DNA of 64,000 bases, from assembly GCA_951406725.2 (NCBI GenBank), contig OX597815.1, positions 53,010,001-53,074,000 of the forward strand. Reading direction: 5' to 3'. Shown here in pieces: positions 26,860 through 40,227 of this stretch (within the stretch, counting starts at the first letter, position 1; each line of letters starts with the position of its first letter). Below the pieces are notes generated by a model. It was not told the DNA's origin. It made no database searches and was given only the letters and a program-made list of their open reading frames with translations. The translations under genes were made by a program, and so were the position numbers. The stretch comes from Octopus vulgaris (Eukaryota).

Positions 26860-27289
26860 TATATACATAAAGGGTGGGCCAAAACTCACGTACCAAAATA
26901 TTCGATATCTTGTAATTAAAGTGTTATTTTTCAAATGTGCTATACAATGTATATTGAGTTTTAATTTTGGCGTATAACTTTTAGCCTACTATGTATATAG
27001 CTTTTATTGTTCACCTCTTACTTGTTTCAGTCAATAGACCGCGGCAATGCTGGGGCAAGCACACACACACACACATACACACACATCCCATTGGAAACAT
27101 CTTGTTTTTTAGCTATCTGGAGCAGATAAAATAACGTACTTTCAGTCTACCTGTTCCTTCCAATCTACCTGCTCCTTGTGCCCAGTTCAAGGAATCAGCA
27201 AAAAAATAAAGAAAAATAAAGAAAACTGTAACATCCAGCACCTGTAAGCCTATGGCCTGTCAGCCTAGAAGTTCCCCTCTGTTCGTTTA

Positions 27290-27455
27290 TTAGGTAGGTC
27301 CATCATCCATCGCCGGCTTGCTCCGTCTGATGTGGGCTGAGTGAACTGGAGTGACTGAAATTAAGTGTAAGAACACAGCGCAACTCCTGGTCCAGGAATC
27401 GAACCCATAATCTTACGATCACAAGTGCAATCCCCTACTACTAAACTATGCACCA
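27290..27455 (-). mobile_element. Partial tRNA-derived SINE
   Basis: ggaatcgaaccc (reverse complement of a B box), related to 40770-41075. Confidence 0.55.
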
Positions 27456-27649
27456 CCAGAACGGTACCAGTGTCAGGATAATTAATAGAAATGTTAGCAA
27501 ACAAAGTAAAATACATGAAAGTATTTTAGTTTCTCTGTCTAGATTCTGCTTTCAAATTAATTGGTATAACTTTGTGGATGAGTTCATCCACAAAGTTATT
27601 TAAATCAATGCCGGTATATTAATTACACTGCTTGTATATTAATAATATT

Positions 27650-27860
27650 TGCAAACATCAGTACCAGACCAGCAATTGCTTGTAGTCGATTACTTTTATC
27701 TCAGTTTTCGTTTTGTATTTAGTTTATGAGCCAGTTAGGTGAATGTGAATGGCAAAGTCGACTTCGGTGGAATTTGAATTCAGAACGTATAAAACCAGAA
27801 GAAATGCCTCTAAGCATGTTCTCCAGTGCGCCAACGACTCTGCCTGCTCGTTGCCTTATA
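27650..27860 (-). mobile_element. SINE family B copy (old)
   Basis: ggcaaagtcgacttcggtggaatttgaattcagaacgt. Confidence 0.65.
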
Positions 27861-28043
27861 TTTTGTAATTATTAAAGTCATAATATTGGCTAAACTGGCA
27901 AAATGACCATTCCGAAATATAACAATAAAGTCATAATGTTATGTTATTACGATTTCATAACCTCAGTACCAGCCATATACTTCGTCGATTCATTCTGCTT
28001 GTCCCTTTATAGGTAAAAATATAGTTATTTTGCTATAGTATTG

Positions 28044-28074
<31 letters not shown>

Positions 28075-28749
28075 TAAAAATTGAACGAAATAGTTGATCT
28101 TTCAATCGTAAGTTGAAACCATGTATAACTAATTTACATTGCTGTGTCCACTAAATAATTATAGACATAAAATAGGAATTTTTTCTAATAAAATTATTTA
28201 TGATAGTGGAAACAGATTTCTGAAATATTTGGTAGTTTGCAAGAACATAATTAAAATCAAATAATGTTATATCTGTGTAGCAGTTTCTGTTTATTGTTCG
28301 CTTCCTTCACTCATGACAGCACACAATCACGGAAGAAAATCCGAAGCAAGTAGTCAAGAGTTACTTCCCTTACACTACACTAACGTTAAATCTTTGCACG
28401 TTCTTTGAAGTACTTTTAGGAAATAATATTATCTATCATCCTTTCGGGGTTGAGCACTGGGGTCGATGTAAGCGACTTACATCCTCCCCGAAATTGTTGG
28501 CCTGGTGCCAAAATTTGGACCCAATATTGTTATTTGGCACAAAGCCACACATTTCATAAATAAGATATTGGCGATCAGAACTAGATATTACTAGAAAACG
28601 TTGTTCGAACACACAAACGGTTTAGTTAATCCACTCCTCACTCTTAACATTGCATAAAGCACACAAGAAGACTGCCCACTATATAAGGCATTTCTTTTCG
28701 TAAACATCGTTAAAACTGTTCTAGTAGTCGCAAGAAAATTCGTTTAATA

Positions 28750-28968
28750 TTGGTTTCAAATTTTGGAACAAGGTCAGGCAATTTTGGCGGGAAGGGAATA
28801 GTCGATTACATCAACCGCCATGCTCAAATGGTACTTACTTTATCAACCCCGAAAAGATGAAAGGCAAATTCAACCTCGGTGGAATTTGAATTCAGAGGGT
28901 AAAGACAGACGAAATGCCGCTAAGCTTTCTGCCAGGCGTACTAACGAGTCTGCCAGCTCGCTGCTTTC
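28750..28968 (-). mobile_element. SINE family B copy
   Basis: ccccgaaaagatgaaaggcaaa..ggaatttgaa..ctgccagctcgc. Confidence 0.75.
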
Positions 28969-29144
28969 AAATTAATTTAATATCGTTGCTTCACCCTGGT
29001 CAAAATAATTTAGTCCAAGGCATCTAGCAGCAGACCATCTCAATTTTATCTCAATCTACATCATCTAATATAACTTTTAATATTTTCAAATGAGCAGGGG
29101 CCTGCAGGAAGTTACGTGATTTTATTTTTAATTATTTCTTTGTA

Positions 29145-29530
29145 CGGTTAAGAAGGTCACTTTGTAGCCTCATGATTTCGGGTTCAATCCTACTACGCAG
29201 CACACTGGGCAAGTGTCTTCTACAAAAGCTTCGGGCTGACCAATGCTTTGTGGGTGAATTTGGTAAGTGGAAAGCTGAAGAATCCTGTCGTATAAGCATA
29301 CACGTGTTTGTGTGTGGTTGCACGTGTTTGTGTGTGTTTGCATGTTCATGTGAATGGATGTATGTTTGTGTGTGCGTGTGTGCACGCGCGTGTTGTAGTT
29401 GACCCCACCACTGCTTGACAACTGTGGTTGATTTGTCTACATTCATATAACTTAGCGGTTTGACCAAAAGCATTGATAGAATAAGTACCAGATTTTTAAA
29501 AACTCAAGTACTGGAGTCCATTTGTTTCAG
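29145..29530 (+). mobile_element. SINE family A copy
   Basis: gggttcaatcc, ctgggcaagtgtcttc, gatagaataagtacca. Confidence 0.72.
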
Positions 29531-29571
29531 TATATATATATATATATATATTGCACAACAAATATTTAAAC

Positions 29572-29625
<54 letters not shown>

Positions 29626-29629
<4 letters not shown>

Positions 29630-30030
29630 TTATATATATAAAACTGAGAATGTGTGTGTGTCTGTCTATCTGTCTGTCTGTGTGTTTCCCTAAAACTTGA
29701 GAACAACACAACCAATTTCATTCAAATTTTACACATGTCTTACTTAGGGTTCGGGGAGTGTCATCAGCAAAAAAATGTTTGAACTTTTTGCCTAGGGCGA
29801 GCCCATAGCAATATCATATCTTCTCCACTACGATTCCCTAAAACTTGAGAACTACACAACCAATTCCATTCAAATTTTACACATGCCTTATTTATGGTCC
29901 ATGTAGTTTCATGGGCAAAAAAAATGTTCAACTTCTTGCCTAGAGCGAGCCCATAGCAATATTATATCTTCTCCACTATTTCAGTATTACGTGTTAAAAG
30001 TGAAATATAAACGTTTCTCTATTTTATGTA
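29626..30030 (+). mobile_element. 5' part of a related Helitron-like non-autonomous element with an internal duplication
   Basis: Starts atctttatatatataaaactg, like the 5' end of the array copies; ~146-bp direct repeat ccctaaaacttgagaac..ttctccact. Confidence 0.55.
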
Positions 30031-30033
30031 AGA

Positions 30034-30670
30034 CTAGCAGTATCGCCCGGCGTTGCTCGGGTTTGTAAGGGAAATAACTATATAAGCATTTTTAGAGAGT
30101 TATAGCAAAAAAATAGCAAAAAATGCATTAAAAAATGGAAAAAATATGATGGTAAATTTTTTTAAAATCGTTGACTCATCGTAGACATTTTTAGAGAGTT
30201 ACTTCCCTTATATAATAGCGAAAAAATGCATTAAAATGGAAAAAAAACGATGGTAAATTTTTTTTTAAATCGTAGACTCATGTAGACGCTTTCTTAGCCA
30301 TTTCTGTTTTGGTGTCTTCAAGCCATGAAGTCGTTGTTCTAAAAGAACACTGGTCTCCTTGACAACGCATTACGACGTTGATTTCCTTACACTCCCTTCC
30401 CCACAGGTGCAGGTGTGAGCGTGGACGCCAACTCCGCCGCCATCGACACACGAAAAATTATGCATTAAAATGGAATAAAAAATGATGTTAAATTATTTTT
30501 AAAATCGTAGACTCATCGTAGACGCGCGCTAATATTCAGACGGGCTCGATATGAATCACGACTATAAGCTACCCGAATTTGGTTAAACTGCACCGCAAAA
30601 TGTGGGAGTAGTTAGGAATCTAAATCGAAGGGGACAGACACTCACACAACTACAGTTTTATATATATAGA
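30034..30670 (-). mobile_element. Non-autonomous Helitron, mosaic copy of the 25357-26800 family
   Basis: A|TC..CTAG|T termini, the same 3' hairpin, and blocks from both subtypes. Confidence 0.85.
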
Positions 30671-30744
30671 TATACATAGCGCAGTAGTGGTGAGATGTGA
30701 CAGCAAAGAAAAGCATACATTCACTCTCTGCATGCAATTAGACT

Positions 30745-31075
30745 CGGAAAGTTCGTGAGGAACCCATTGACCCAATTTGCTGACTTTTCCGATAGCACAC
30801 AGGTCTCAATGAATGGTTGAATGACCAAATCCAAGCTTCTCTGCTAGTTCCTCAACAGTTACGATGAGATTTTGTTCCACCAGGGTTTTCAGGATGTCCT
30901 TGTCGAGTTCTACAGATCTTTCAGGATGAGGCTCGTCTTCTAGGCTGTAGTTTATGGCTCGGGATTTCTGGAACCACCATTGACACTGCCTTACGCTTAT
31001 TGTCCAATCCCCATATACTGCATTAATATTTCTTGTACTTTGCACACATTTATATTCTGTTATTCTTTTATATGT
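30745..31075 (-). pseudogene. Mariner transposase N-terminal fragment
   Basis: RNINAVYG..WWFQK..LEDEPHPERSVELD..TVEELAEKLG..KLGQWVPHEL. Confidence 0.85.
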
Positions 31076-31268
31076 TTCAGCCTTGAGGTTGTGGCCATGC
31101 TGGATCATGTGTGTGTGTCTATCTGTCTGTCTGTCTGTATGTATATATGTATATGTATGTGTGTGAACAATAATATTTTCAACAGATGTGTTGCAAATGT
31201 ATCTGATTGTTCTCAAGCTTCAATACTGCGTGTGTGTGTATGTATGTATGTATATGTATGTATGTATG

Positions 31269-31299
<31 letters not shown>

Positions 31300-31340
31300 G
31301 TGTATGTATGTATGTGTGTGTGTGTATGTATGTGTGTGTA

Positions 31341-31371
<31 letters not shown>

Positions 31372-31429
31372 ATGTATGTATGTATGTATGTATGTATGAG
31401 TGTATGTTTACTTTATTACTAACACAAGC

Positions 31430-31880
31430 CACTACGGTTATTTAATGAAAGTCTTCCTCAAATCACTCTCTCTCGCTATTTACTCTCTTCGAAGAACATT
31501 TTCACTCACTCTTAGCTCTTAGCTTCCCATACATTTTACTCATGTATCTATCAGCGTCATAGACAGAATACTCTCAGTTTAGTCTTCCTCAAATCACTCT
31601 GTCGCTATTTACTTTCATTTTATTCGTTGCCCACTGTGTGTGTGCGTTTGCGTGTGGTGTAAACCAGACTAAGAAAAGCATTTGACACACACACCAGAAT
31701 GTGAGTTTTCTGTAAATTTTGCTTAATTGGAGTTTAAATTTTAAAAACTGGACCTGGCATGACGCGATGCATTGTACTCTCAAAAATGCTAGGTAAATTG
31801 TAATTGAAGAAATCCTATATTGTAGATTTGTATAACTCCCAAAGGGAGGCAGATAAAATCTGCCTTTTATAATAAGAGAT
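31430..31880 (-). mobile_element. Helitron-like non-autonomous element (5' end at ~31879)
   Basis: Minus strand starts atctcttattataaaaggcagattttatctgcc; internal repeat cttcctcaaatcactct. Confidence 0.4.
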
Positions 31881-32675
31881 ATTTTCACTTTAACAATAAA
31901 AATAATAATAACAATTGAATTATATGTAGTAAGTAATAATTAAAATCAAACTAAAGTATAATATAATCGTAACATAACAAAAGTAAAAATAGCAATTGGT
32001 ATAAAATTGCATCAATGACTTGAACTTGAATAAGTGGTTTTACATGAATGGGAATAAATTAAAAATAAAATTAGCATGCAGAAATGGAATAGTCAAGATG
32101 GATAATAAAAAATTAAATTAAAGAAAAGACTATTGTCTATAAAGTATACAATATAGAGAAAAAAGAAGATTGGAACACATGGAAGAAAGCACCTTCAAAA
32201 AGTGTCTTGGTGCGACTATGAAAGGTATCTAATCAGAGGCGGTAAATTCGCCACAATAGAAGTAAGGTTCGAGTCAACGGAGCGTGCAAGGGAGTACTCG
32301 ACTCGAACTTGCAAAGTGGAAATATTTTATTTTTACCTTTATATCTGGGACGTAGGACGTCCCGGAAAAAATTTTAAATGCCCCCCCCCCCAAGTAGAGG
32401 TAGGCTGGGATTGTAGCCACACTTCTATACAAGAGGGAGGACAAGATACAATTGATCGAAATTGCAAGAGACGGGCTAACAATTCCAGTCTGTTATATAT
32501 TTTGAGTATTGTTATCACTAGCGATATCAAAATATAACTTTGTATTTTGTATTTTATGTGTAGATGTATATATATATATATATATATATAGATGTACATG
32601 TAATATGTACACATATATATACACATATATACATGCACTAGCACTATGACCCGGCAACGACGGGTCATACTGCTA

Positions 32676-32719
<44 letters not shown>

Positions 32720-32728
<9 letters not shown>

Positions 32729-33495
32729 AGCAAGCCATCTGTTATACTATTCTGAAATTTTTATATTTTATCATATTAACTCCCAACCTGGTATGTGTAT
32801 GCGCCACATTTCACTGCAGGAGCAGAATACCTATCTAAGTAGTGACTATTTTAGAAGTAAATGTTAATATGTTATTTTCAACTGAAGATCCCAGAGTATG
32901 TTGATTACAGAGAGAGAGAAATCAATTGTTATTGAAATATACATTTACTTACTGATGTATTCAACGCAAAGGGAAACCTATTTCTAATATGTTCATTGCA
33001 TTGCTTGTATGTATCTTTATTGTGAGTTTCTGGTGGTTTTCGAGCATTGGCTCTGTTTTTAGCAAGTGGCACTTATACTCTACCGTATCTAAATTTGCCT
33101 TATATTGTGCCTGTAATGGTGTGAACTTGCTGGCCTCCTTATTATAATCTTGTTAATATCATTAATAACGTTAATTATAAATTTTTATTTAAAATATATT
33201 CTTGCTCACGATAGTTTTCTTTTAAACGGAGCGGGACGTTGAAAGTAAGGAACGCTTGCGAGCTAATGTAGTAAATATCTTAGAAATAGATGTAAAAATG
33301 TTGTATTCAACTGAAAATCCAGAGCATGTTGATCATACAGCGGATGAAATCAATTGTTATTGAAATATACAGTTACTTCCTGATGTATTCAACGCAACGT
33401 TAAGCCTATTTCTAATATGTTCATTGCATTGCTCGTGCGTATCTTTATTGTGAGTTTCTGGCGGTATTCGAGCCTTAGATCTGATTTTAGCTAGT
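32720..33495 (+). mobile_element. Helitron-like element with a ~190-bp internal direct repeat
   Basis: 32870-33065 resembles 33300-33490; ends ..gCTAG|T. Confidence 0.45.
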
Positions 33496-33497
33496 GG

Positions 33498-33650
<153 letters not shown>

Positions 33651-33935
33651 AAATGAAGATTCACATAGAACCAGGTATTTCAAAAGATATGCACCAGGTA
33701 AAGTTGGATAAACCTGTGGTTGCAGCCTACGGTTGCTAAGTATCAAACAGGATATTCTGTTTGTGTACACAGAGAAAACCAACACGATGAGTATTTAGTG
33801 CCTAGGGGCTGGTCCAAAGCACGTGTTACGTTGAATTGTACGTTGTTGGTATACTCTAGGGTGTTCGACAAATCGTAAATCCCGTTGGTTTATTATAATC
33901 AAATGACTAATAACTGACAATGGACAATTGTCAGA

Positions 33936-34025
33936 TCATTACATCTGTTTCTTACGTTTTTTTTTTTAAATAGAAGATTTGAGAAAAATCCCTCTATTAC
34001 CAAAAACCGTAATCATCAGATGAAA
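33936..34025 (-). ncRNA. Type I hammerhead, mirror copy
   Basis: tttcat CUGAUGA ttacg..cgtaa GAAA cagatg UA atga. Confidence 0.7.
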
Positions 34026-34164
34026 CGTTATTTAAAAAACAAAAGAATATCCCAAGAATAGAGCAGGGACGTGGCTGAAGTATGTCGAGTATAAGTTAGC
34101 CTCCACAGGATTCACCCACATCCCTGCTGTATTATTGGGATATTCTTTTGTTTTTTAAATAACG

Positions 34165-34250
34165 TTTCATCTGATGATTACGGTTTTTGGTAATGGAATA
34201 ATGTTCTCATTCTTCTATTTATAAAATGCGTAAGAAACATATGTAATGAG
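34165..34250 (+). ncRNA. Type I hammerhead with extended helix II
   Basis: ttcat CTGATGA ttacg [~45 nt] cgtaa GAAA catatg TA atgag. Confidence 0.78.
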
Positions 34251-34928
34251 CTAACAATTGTCCATCGTCTGTTATTATTCACTTGTGTGTGTGTGTGTGT
34301 GTGTGTGTGCGTGCGTGTGTGTCTGTGTGTGTGTGCGCGCGTGTGTCTGTGTGTGTAGGTATATATATTATTTATATTATTTGATTGAACGCCACGCATC
34401 CATTTCCAAGTAAGTTTATCTTAATCTTTTTGATGCGACTCTATTCTGTTTTTCTCCCCTATCGTTTTCTCTCTCATCCTTTCTCTAATTCCCTTTTGTC
34501 TCCTCTTCACTGTTTTCTACCTGTCTGTCTCTCTTCCCCTCTTTCTCCTGTTCTCCCTCTCTTGTTGCTCACACGTGATCACCATCAATCTTTCTTTTCC
34601 TCACATGATCATCTTTGTTTTCTTTCAGGACTGTCCTAAGGACTGGACGTATCCTATCTCTCTCTCCCGCCTATCTTTTCTCTTGCCAAAGAAAATATTT
34701 CTCCAGCGTTCACTATTTTACCCTCGTTCTGGTCTAACGACCCTCCATGTTTGCTTTCGTTAGGTTCCCTTGTATGTCTCCACAGTCCTGTTTATATATA
34801 TATATATATGTTGTTCATAATATTATGTGATTGAATGACACGCATCCATTTCCAAGTAAGTTTATATATACATATATACATATACATTTACATATATATA
34901 TATATCATTTATATATATATATATATAT

Positions 34929-34994
<66 letters not shown>

Positions 34995-34999
34995 TTGAG

Positions 35000-35500
35000 T
35001 AGTTGAATGAATTATCTTGTTATGGATAATTCGGTTAACCGATATTTGGGTAGCAAATTCACATCAGAGAAGACACGTTTGAAGTTACGTGCTTTCGTGT
35101 GGAAATTTGTATGTTTTTTTTTTAAATATAAATATATGAAAGAATGGAGTTGAACGACGAATTAACAAAATTCCTTTATTTTCGACATATGTTTCGAAGG
35201 CTGCATATTCCTAATTGCGAAGGAATAAGGAGTATATTATGCCGCTTTCTCATCAGGAAAAGCAAGGAACTTATGTCAACATCAAGATGCACAAAAAAAC
35301 TTTTAGATGACTGCTCACGCGGAGCCCATAGGGAAAATGAGTGTCTCTTTAAAAAATTCCTTTATAAGGAGTGACGTCAAAATGGTTGGATGTAGAAGAA
35401 TCTAGAAGGTTCTAAAGGTTCAAGGGTTCAAACGAAGTAGGAGAAGAGAGGCATAAGAATAGGAAGGTGAAATGGTGCAGTTCAAATGAATGGTGAATTT
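35000..35500 (-). mobile_element. Solo pLTR of the 6450-8555 PLE family
   Basis: Aligns with 6450-6900 (gggtagcaaattcac..gaatggagt..aacaaaattccttta..ctcatcaggaaa). Confidence 0.8.
35179..35261 (-). ncRNA. Type I hammerhead ribozyme
   Basis: ttttc CUGAUGA gaaagcggcata..tatgcagccttc GAAA catatg UC gaaaa. Confidence 0.82.
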
Positions 35501-36285
35501 TCTTTTGTGAGTGAGTGTGTGTGTGTGTGACTGTATATAACGGCATTAATGTGTGTGTGTGTGTATGTGTGTGCGTGATTTAAAGGAGTGGTGTGGGGGT
35601 ACCCTAGCAAGTCAGAAAGGCAGGTCAGAAACAGGGAGGTATGTGTGTGTGCGTGTATATGTATCGTGTGTGTGTTTTGTTGTAGTATGTGTGTGTGTAC
35701 GTGTGCGTTTTTTGTGTGTATGGCGGGTAACTGTGCTTAACTAAGTGTATGTGTGCGTGTGTGCTTGTACGTGCGTATATGTATAATTGTGTGCGTGTAT
35801 GCATGTGTGTGCGTGTATGTATGGTTGTGTGCCGTATGGGATGTATGTGTGGGTTCATTTGTGTGCGTGCGTGTGCGTGTGTCTGTATGTGCGTGTAGTT
35901 GTGGTGGAGGTATATGTTGTGTGTATGTATATGTGTCGGTCTGTATGTGAATTAGTGTGTGTTTGTACATGTGTATGTGTGTGTGCGTGTATTGTATATA
36001 TATATGTAAATGTGTGTGTGTACGTGCGTGGGAGTGAATGTATGTATGTGCGTGTGTGTACAAATGTAGGGGTTTATATGTGTGTTTATATGTTTATATG
36101 TGTGTATATATATGCATGCAAGGACACACTTCGCAACTGAAAGACTGATGGAAAAGACTCTTGCGGTGAAGGGCGCATGCGAATCCCCAGGCACACACGC
36201 ACACGCCCAGACGTACGCCCGAAATAAAGCCAGACCCCACAGGCATGCGTGCATGCATGTATGTATGTGTGCGTGCGCGCGCATA

Positions 36286-36319
<34 letters not shown>

Positions 36320-36419
36320 CACACACGCCCCCCACACACACACACACACGTACACACACACACACACACACACGCATATGTGTGCGTGTGTGTAAACAAG
36401 CATTAAAGCATTAATATAA

Positions 36420-36645
36420 ACGCGGAAGGTTGCGAACTGGCAGAATTGTTATCAAGCCGGGGAAAATGGTCACTGGTATTTCGTCCGTCTTTACGTCATG
36501 AGTTCAAATTTTAGCGGGTTCGACTTTGCTTTTCATCCCTTTCAGGGTCGATAAAATAAATACCAGTTGAACACTGAAGTTGATATAATTGACTTACCCA
36601 CTTCCTAAAAGTGCTAGTCTTGTGCCAAAAATTTGAAGTCAGTAT
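36420..36645 (+). mobile_element. SINE family B copy
   Basis: ctggcagaattgtt..gagttcaaatt..gactttgcttttcatcc. Confidence 0.75.
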
Positions 36646-37764
36646 ATAATCTTACGATTTTGTGTGTGTGCCACACTCTCATGAAAAGCAATGACAGTTT
36701 AGTAACAAATGAGTATTGTAACTAACAGAACGATCCTCTCATAAAGAAAGAAATCACGCTTAGTGTCAAAGAATTCGCAGAAAAGTTCACCTCCTCGCAT
36801 TTTAAAAACGATATTGACTGCTTTTAGACACTATCCTTTTACGTTTTTAAGTTACTTCTAGTGGCGTTGTATGGGATAGCTTTCATTGTCTTCGCTGCTT
36901 CAGCCTAACAGAAAGGCGTTCTTGTGTTTCCTGGCAATGAGTTTTGATGACTTCAGAGTTGTGTCTGGGACCGTCTCATGATAAGCAAACTCTAGAATTT
37001 GTTGTTTTTGTAGTTTTAGTTTTTACTTCCGAATGTGATTCATCTGGGTTTTCTAGTTTGGATACCGATTTCGTAGGCCTTGCTTTCAGTACCTTGTACA
37101 AGTAACAATACTGGAAATCTTTTGTGGCTTAAGTGACCGCATTCGATTAGATATCGTTGAAAGTTACGTCGGTACTGATGACGTGCCCATGCGGTGTCAC
37201 CAATGTGACCCCAATCCAGGGATCGAGATCCTAAACAATGCCCCTGATGGTAAACCTTGTGTTTCTCCTCCCCAAATATTGTGAGACCATTTCATAGGCA
37301 GGTACATTTCGAACAGTTTAGACTGGCAGTTATCCGCGTTCTTTGTTTTAAAATTTTCGTTCGTGGAGTTAAGAAAACGAACCCTTCCTCTATGACCTTT
37401 CCAAAGCACAGGTAAGCTACGGTATTTTCCTTACATTGTCCTGCGATAGATTGTGGTATGCTAGCTCCGTTTTGTTTTTAAATACGCATGCTATTAACCT
37501 TTTCTCTATTATCCAAAAGGATTCAGAATATGCTGGTTACAAAATATATGCGAACGAGTAAGAGTAAGTTATATATAAATGATAGGAATGGCAAGAACGT
37601 TATACAAAGTGTGCATTAAAAACAATAAATGTAAAATTATATAAAATATACTATAATTAAGTAAGATATAATATCAGAATAATAGAACGAAAATGTTTAG
37701 TGTTATCCACCTAATCACACTCAAGGCTTTCGAGTCCTCGATGAAATTTCAAGAATATACATAC

Positions 37765-37795
<31 letters not shown>

Positions 37796-37951
37796 TGTAT
37801 GTATGTATGTATGTATGTATGTATGTATGTATGCATGTATGCATGCATGCATGCATGCATGCATGCATGTATGTATGTATGCATGTATGTATGTATGTAT
37901 GTATGTATGTATGTATGTATGTATGTATGTATGTATGTATGTATGTGTGTG

Positions 37952-37998
<47 letters not shown>

Positions 37999-38201
37999 GG
38001 TACTGAAAAGCCCTTGTGTTAAGGGTGTCACGAAAGGCCTTGTTATTTTACAGGGTTTAGAAAAACTGCAATAAATGTGTGAATTTAAGAGTGAAATTAA
38101 CTGAATCTGTTATATTTTCTTTTACCCAAAGGCAGGATCTTTTCATCACCCCTCGTATATTTACATACATACATGCATACGTATATACATACATTCATAT
38201 C

Positions 38202-38275
<74 letters not shown>

Positions 38276-38357
38276 AATCTATCTATCTATACATACATAC
38301 ATAGATACATACATACATACATACATACATACATACATACATACATACATACATACA

Positions 38358-38388
<31 letters not shown>

Positions 38389-38397
38389 GCACGTACG

Positions 38398-39140
38398 CAG
38401 GGTGCGCTGAATAAAGTGTCAACTAAATTACGCAAAAATGAAAATAACACTGACATTTCATTTTAACAGATATATTGACCAAAATTACATAGAAATATCT
38501 TGAAATACTAAACAGTAAATTTATTTAATAAAATCGCCAGTGCCTCCAGATAACTTCGGAACCTCTTGCAATTCTTCTGGATGATTTTCTTGTCTAAGTT
38601 GATGAATGCTACCATGATCCTTGTCTTCATTTACTCTTTGGTGTTACAAAGAGCTTTGTTGATCTCTCGCTTAACTGTGCCCTACACATAATAACCAAGG
38701 GGGTTGCAGTCTGGGAAGTTAGGTGGCCAGATGTTAGGGGTGATGTGGTCGCAGAAATTGTTTTTTTAACCATGATAGGGTTCCCCTGCTTGTGTGGCAG
38801 ACATTAGGTCTTCCAGTAGCCACTCTCTTGACCTAGGGCAGCACTACTTCCTCCAGGCACTTGATGTAAGCCTCCGTTTTGAGTGTGAGGCCGTGTGGGA
38901 AGATTAATGGAGGCATAACGTCACCATGACTAGTGATCACTCCAAACACCATGATGTTGACTGGTACATGTCCTCAGATTGACACCTAAACCTTCTGAAA
39001 TGTTCGTATTGGAGCTTCCGGTGTAAATGCCAAGCAGTACAGCATGTTGTTTCCAAATTTCTGGCAGAGTGAATTGCATCATGGTACTGTTTTTCTCACA
39101 GACAGGGCCTAACTGGCGACAATTTACCAATCGCACCCTA
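38398..39140 (-). mobile_element. Internally deleted Tc1/mariner DNA transposon with TIRs
   Basis: TIRs cagggtgcgctgaataaa / tttaccaatcgcaccct; transposase remnant NFPDCNPLGYYV (SPDxNP-like) on the minus strand at ~38690-38722. Confidence 0.72.
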
Positions 39141-39486
39141 TATATATAGAAACGCGGAGTAGATGAAACAAGTACAACTGAAGAAGGGAAGTATTCCTTG
39201 TGTTGTATGTCCTGTAATCTGTTTTTTTCGTTGTTTGAAAAAAAGGTCGTTTCTATGTTTTTGTTTTTATGTTTTCGTTTATCATTGTGTTCAACGTTTT
39301 TTTGATGTCCTGTACCAATATATGCATGTATATATACATATATATGTAGGTATGTACATATATGTATGTATATATGTATATATTTATATATTATTTATAT
39401 TATTATATCATCGAACGCCACGCATCCTTTTCCAAGTACATTTTATCTATCTATATCTATATCTATATATCTATTTATATCTATAG

Positions 39487-39964
<478 letters not shown>

Positions 39965-39970
<6 letters not shown>

Positions 39971-40176
39971 TTCCTCGGTATATATAATTTATTTTAAGCA
40001 GACAGAAAACCGTTTTCTAAAGCAATCAGAAAATTTCAACAAAGTATCTGTTACTCTGAGTTTCAGAGTAACAGATATTGTTGAATTTTCTGCTGCTTAA
40101 AATAAAGCATATTACTCTACCACTGGTATTTGAGTACTCTTTTTTCCACCTTGTTTCACATTTATGTGTTTACTCC

Positions 40177-40180
<4 letters not shown>
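39965..40180. mobile_element. pLTR fragment folded back at its hammerhead helix III
   Basis: tatctgttactctga/tcagagtaacagata palindrome; the right arm is similar to 21655-21750. Confidence 0.5.

Positions 40181-40227
<47 letters not shown>

Larger units (their letters stand above)
33900..34282. mobile_element. Palindromic PLE-derived mini-element made of two inverted pLTR arms, each with a hammerhead
   Basis: 33900-34075 is the reverse complement of 34115-34282; HHR on the minus strand at 33936-34025 and on the plus strand at 34165-34250. Confidence 0.78.

Noticed and set aside
37174-37200. Isolated ctgatga box
   Set aside because: No GAAA at a suitable distance; expected by chance.
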